From positions 22,257-30,310 of the forward strand of contig MTSL01000157.1 of the NCBI GenBank assembly GCA_002794465.1: a stretch of DNA of 8,054 nucleotides. Reading direction: 5' to 3'. The stretch comes from Paramicrosporidium saccamoebae KSL3 (lineage: Eukaryota > Fungi > Cryptomycota). Position numbers and translations under genes: made by a program. The notes beneath the pieces were generated by a model. It was not told the DNA's origin. It saw nothing but the letters and a program-made list of their open reading frames with translations, and did not search any database. Below, one piece after another: positions 4,757 to 8,054 of this stretch. Every line of letters begins with the position of its first letter. The stretch's first letter is position 1.

Positions 4757-7699
4757 ATGCTTGGTGCGCGGGAAAGTCGATCTGAATCCACTGCTGAGTC
4801 TAGAGGACGTCCCAAGACTAAAGCGGATGTGCGCGAGCTCTATCGTCCCATTGACGTTGAGAGTGCCTCCCTCCTTCACGGAATATGCGGACGTCTTGGC
4901 CATCTTCCCAGGGACGGCTCCACCTATGTGCTCTCTGTGGATTTTTCCGACGCACTCGACGACCTTGTCCGGATGATTTCTGCAGACGAAGGACCTGTTT
5001 TGGTGAAATTGGGAGAAATGCAGACGGTGGGAAGACATTTGGCTCCAATGCTGCGGGTGGTGGAACGAAAGCGTTTTGGAGAGGCGCTCTTTACATTGCT
5101 CAATCTTTTGGTGTTACTCACGTCAGCAGAGACGACGGCGAACCGTGCAACTCCCGAGACGCTGCTTGATTTCCGTCGACAATACAAAAAAGTGTTTGAA
5201 TCAAAAGATGTCTTGGCAGCTCTTTTGGGAGTGGCGCTCACATGTGTCCGTCCGCGAAAGGATACTGCAAATGACGATGCAGAGCTGCTTCGGAAGGTGT
5301 TAACTTTGGTTCGAAATCTTCTTGCCATCCCAGACGCGAATTGTAGTTATAGCAGCTCACATGTTGCCCTCGCCAGCTCTTTCGGTCGACAGGAACGTCT
5401 GATCGCAGCCATGAAGGACAGTCGACTTTTGGAATTTATCATTGTTGTTGCCAGCTCTTGCAGTGATGCACGCGATGGACGCGTCTTTGGACCGCATGTG
5501 CCGCTGGTGGTGGAAATATTCCAATGTCTTCTCTGTGCATCGGATCCGGATGCAATTGCGGCGATTCATGAGTTGGATGTAGATGGACCTCAAAATTGCG
5601 GAACGGAACAGTCCCTGCAGAAGGAGACCAAGCTGCGGAAGCCCATTAGACACAGTCGTTTTTCTGGGTCCGTGGTTGTCCGTCTGTCGGTATTTAGGAG
5701 GAAAATTATTAATATGTTTAGACGGGCGAAGATTACATATTGCCAGGTTCTAAAATGAGAGACATGGTAACTCTGGATGAAGGAAAACGCGTCCAACACC
5801 GACCAAAGAAGCTCACCATTGTATGGTTTTAATTGCATCGGTAATCTGTAGAATCATTTCGGGGACAATTCAGTAGCTGCAAGGACGGTGGAGAAAAAGA
5901 TGATATTTGACATTGCCATTGATATTGTCAAAAGCTGCTTCAATGAGCTGGTCCGCTTCTGTCATCGTTCTGAAGAAAATGAGCAGCTTTCTGACAATTT
6001 GAATTGGAATCTTTTGAATCTGATGGCCTGGTGTCTGCGACTGGTTCGGCAATTGCAGACTAAGAAGGATCCTCCGATCGATGCCTCCAGCGTGTTTGCG
6101 GCGGTGGATGTGGATTCAATGGTTTCCTTTGGACGTTGCTTGCGCAGATTGCTGAATATGAAGCAGTATGCCACGGTCCTGGCTTGTGGGCTGTTCTTCC
6201 GCGAAGCGTTTCGGTTTTTAGATTTCATGGTTCAGAGTCCCATTGCAGCCTTGTCAACGGCTGGAAAAGACATTGAGACGGGACTGTTCTATCGCCACGA
6301 GGTGATTTCAGTATTCCGACTGGCTATCCAAGAGTCAAGGAGGTTTTCCACAAAGATGCTTTCTGTGCTTGTGGAGGCGAATCATGTGCTGCTAAAGCTC
6401 CTCAAAGCATACTGCAGCGACAGGAGACACATGTTTGTGGCACATGCAAAGCGCACCAACCGCGATTCGGAAGACGCCGAGGAGCTGCATGATGCAGAAA
6501 GGGAATTTCTATTTGATGCGTTTATTGCTGATTATGCCAACGAATCGTTTGTTGACGCCTGCACCAGATTGTTGAGAGAGGCCAGGAACCTCGATCCCAA
6601 TACCAACCGATTTGTAGCCACCATGCTTGGACGTCTGGTAAAGGAGACAAAGATGCCAATGCTGCTGTTCCGGGTCTCGGTGATGGAGGCATTCCATGGC
6701 ATTTTATCAAATGTCAACTCAGGGTGGAGACGGACAAACACAGATTTAATCAAAGTTGCTGCTTCAATCACCAAGGCGTTTTTGGCAGAAGTACAAAAGG
6801 ATCCAGTGCTAATCATTGGTGCATTTTTCAACACTTTGAGCATTTGTCGGACAGTGAGGACCGATCCGACTGCGGCGGTAAAAGATGTGGATATTGCCAT
6901 TCTGCCCGAGTATTGGTCGCTGGATGAAAAGATCAAGTGGTTGGTGCGCACCCTTGCAGACGCAGAAATGTCATCAACAATATCATGGTTATGCGGACGG
7001 CTCTTTGATGCCGCTGCCAGCCGAGGCGTCAAGGTGGAGGATGGCTCAGCGCCTGACTTTTATCTCCATGCACAAACTGATTCTCTAAAGAGCGCTTTTG
7101 AGAATTCTCACTTCTGCCGATTGCTAGTGGAAGCCGGAGTCACCCCTCCGACTAATGAAGAACGTAGTTGGCATGTAGCTGGCACCCTGACAGCAGATGA
7201 AATTATTCAAAAGGCAAATCTTATTCAGACATCACTCCGTGACACCATCTCTGCAGAGGATACAGCTATAAGTAGTCGACCGTCGACCATAATGCGCTCA
7301 AAGACGGACATTGACGATGCTGATAGTGGTGAAAGTACCGAGGAAGAGAAAATACAATCCAAATCAAGAAGCAACAAAGTGCGATCCAAAGCAAATGAAA
7401 ACGAAATGCAATCTGAAACGAGAAGAACTGCAATGCGACCAGAGTCAGGGTCCGAGTCCGAGTCCAGGTCGGAGTTGGAGTCGGAGTCGGAGAGTGACAA
7501 GATGACTTTTCAGAGCGATGCAGACTTGGTTGCTCCGCAAACACCAGCAATTTCGAAATGGGAAAGTCTTAAGAGGAACAATTTCTTCTTGACCGCTTTA
7601 CCTGATGACGATGGAGAGGAAGGGGAAGAGGAAGAGGAAGAGGAAATGGTTCGCCCAAAAAGGCCTCCGTTGGCTATTTACAGCGAAGATGAAGAATAA
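4757..7699 (+). CDS. TOF1: Timeless/Tof1/Swi1 replication fork protection complex subunit, 959 aa; exons 4757..5689, 5722..5820, 5852..7699
   Basis: Recognisable TIMELESS-family motifs: ICGRLG..Y.....D.LDDL.RMI, VLVKLGEMQTV...LAPML, YKKVF, VLTLVRNLLAIPD, RHSRFSG, LDEGK...PK, and later ISWL...L and FCRLLVEAG...W. Two introns join the ORFs 4742-5758 and 5888-7699 in frame. First ATG is at 4757. Acidic low-complexity C-terminus. Confidence 0.9.
5690..5721 (+). other. Spliceosomal intron, 32 nt (Timeless/Tof1)
   Basis: GTATTT...TTAAT...TTTAG, phase 0. Removal opens a 33-codon exon (TGEDYILPG...LDEGKRVQHRPKKLTI) directly after RHSRFSGSVVVRLS. Confidence 0.85.
5821..5851 (+). other. Spliceosomal intron, 31 nt (Timeless/Tof1)
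   Basis: GTATGG...GTAAT...TGTAG, phase 0. Joins the middle exon to the frame of ORF 5888-7699. Confidence 0.85.
7442..7495 (+). repeat. Coding hexanucleotide repeat (GAGTCS)n encoding a Glu-Ser tract in Tof1
   Basis: GAGTCAGGGTCCGAGTCCGAGTCCAGGTCGGAGTTGGAGTCGGAGTCGGAGAGT = ESGSESESRSELESESES. Confidence 0.85.
7604..7645 (+). repeat. Coding GAR-rich repeat encoding a poly-acidic tract in Tof1
   Basis: DDDGEEGEEEEEEE, with alternating GAA/GAG codons. Confidence 0.8.
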
Positions 7700-7700
7700 A
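7695..7700 (+). terminator. Putative polyadenylation signal overlapping the Tof1 stop codon
   Basis: GA-A-TAA-A: AATAAA includes the TAA stop at 7697-7699. Confidence 0.4.
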
Positions 7701-7908
7701 ACTAGTGTAACTTTTTATAAAATTGTGGTGTGATGTAGGAATCTCTTATACCTATCTACATACGGGAACTATCTATCATTGCGCGCGTCTAACTGGGGCT
7801 TTTTGTGTGGGATGGATTTTCCTTTATAATGCGAGTTTTTATCTAATGGTGCTCAATAACTGTCCTCATCCCTTGATCGATTCCATGGTTGCCAGCCAAT
7901 TGTGACAT

Positions 7909-8007
7909 TGTGACGTAAAAGACTGGTTAGTTGGGTATTTGAGGATGGTTCCCTAGTTTGGAGAATGGATAACCAGAACAATCGATCAAGGATAATGAGA
8001 TTTTTAC
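7909..8007. repeat. Dispersed non-coding repeat, copy 3 (contains the segments matching both other copies)
   Basis: 7909-7945 matches 746-782 (33/37); 7942-7962 matches 2965-2985 (20/21); 7984-8007 weakly matches 871-896. Confidence 0.72.
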
Positions 8008-8054
8008 CATTTGAGGATTATGTTATTTGTGAGCCTATAAATGGGTCGTTGGAT

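Noticed and set aside
4706-7550. Several minus-strand and off-frame ORFs over Tof1 (e.g. 4706-5038, 4924-5328, 6532-7032, 7225-7500)
   Set aside because: Shadow ORFs of a long coding gene with no recognisable motifs; 7225-7500 is the antisense of the ES repeat.
7723-7905. 60-aa ORF downstream of Tof1
   Set aside because: Non-ATG start, AT-rich 3' flank and no motifs or homology within the window.
1-8054. CRISPR array, tRNA/rRNA, transposase or prokaryotic operon signals
   Set aside because: No repeat-spacer structure, cloverleaf, rRNA motif or transposase motif was seen; the DNA is intron-containing and eukaryotic.

Overview
This is compact eukaryotic genomic DNA, not prokaryotic. All four genes lie on the + strand and are split by very short GT-AG introns (nine found, 28-33 nt), which explains why the six-frame ORF track is fragmented. 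Positions <1-4687 hold three tandem paralogs of an unrecognised family: A (3' part only), B (482 aa) and C (485 aa). B and C have N-terminal signal peptides. The proteins appear to be built from three ~140-160 aa internal repeats, and by eye the repeats resemble the eIF4E cap-binding-protein fold (clearest in domain 2 of C), but the W102/E103 cap-binding motif is not conserved. Directly downstream is a Timeless/Tof1/Swi1 gene (4757-7699, 959 aa, 2 introns). Other features: a 5x21-nt in-frame repeat expansion in B, heavy intron gain/loss among the paralogs, a 10-nt minisatellite, and a degenerate non-coding element upstream of B and C that recurs at the window end. Intron size, gene density and composition suggest a reduced parasite of Rozellomycota/early-microsporidian grade (Paramicrosporidium-like); this is inference only.
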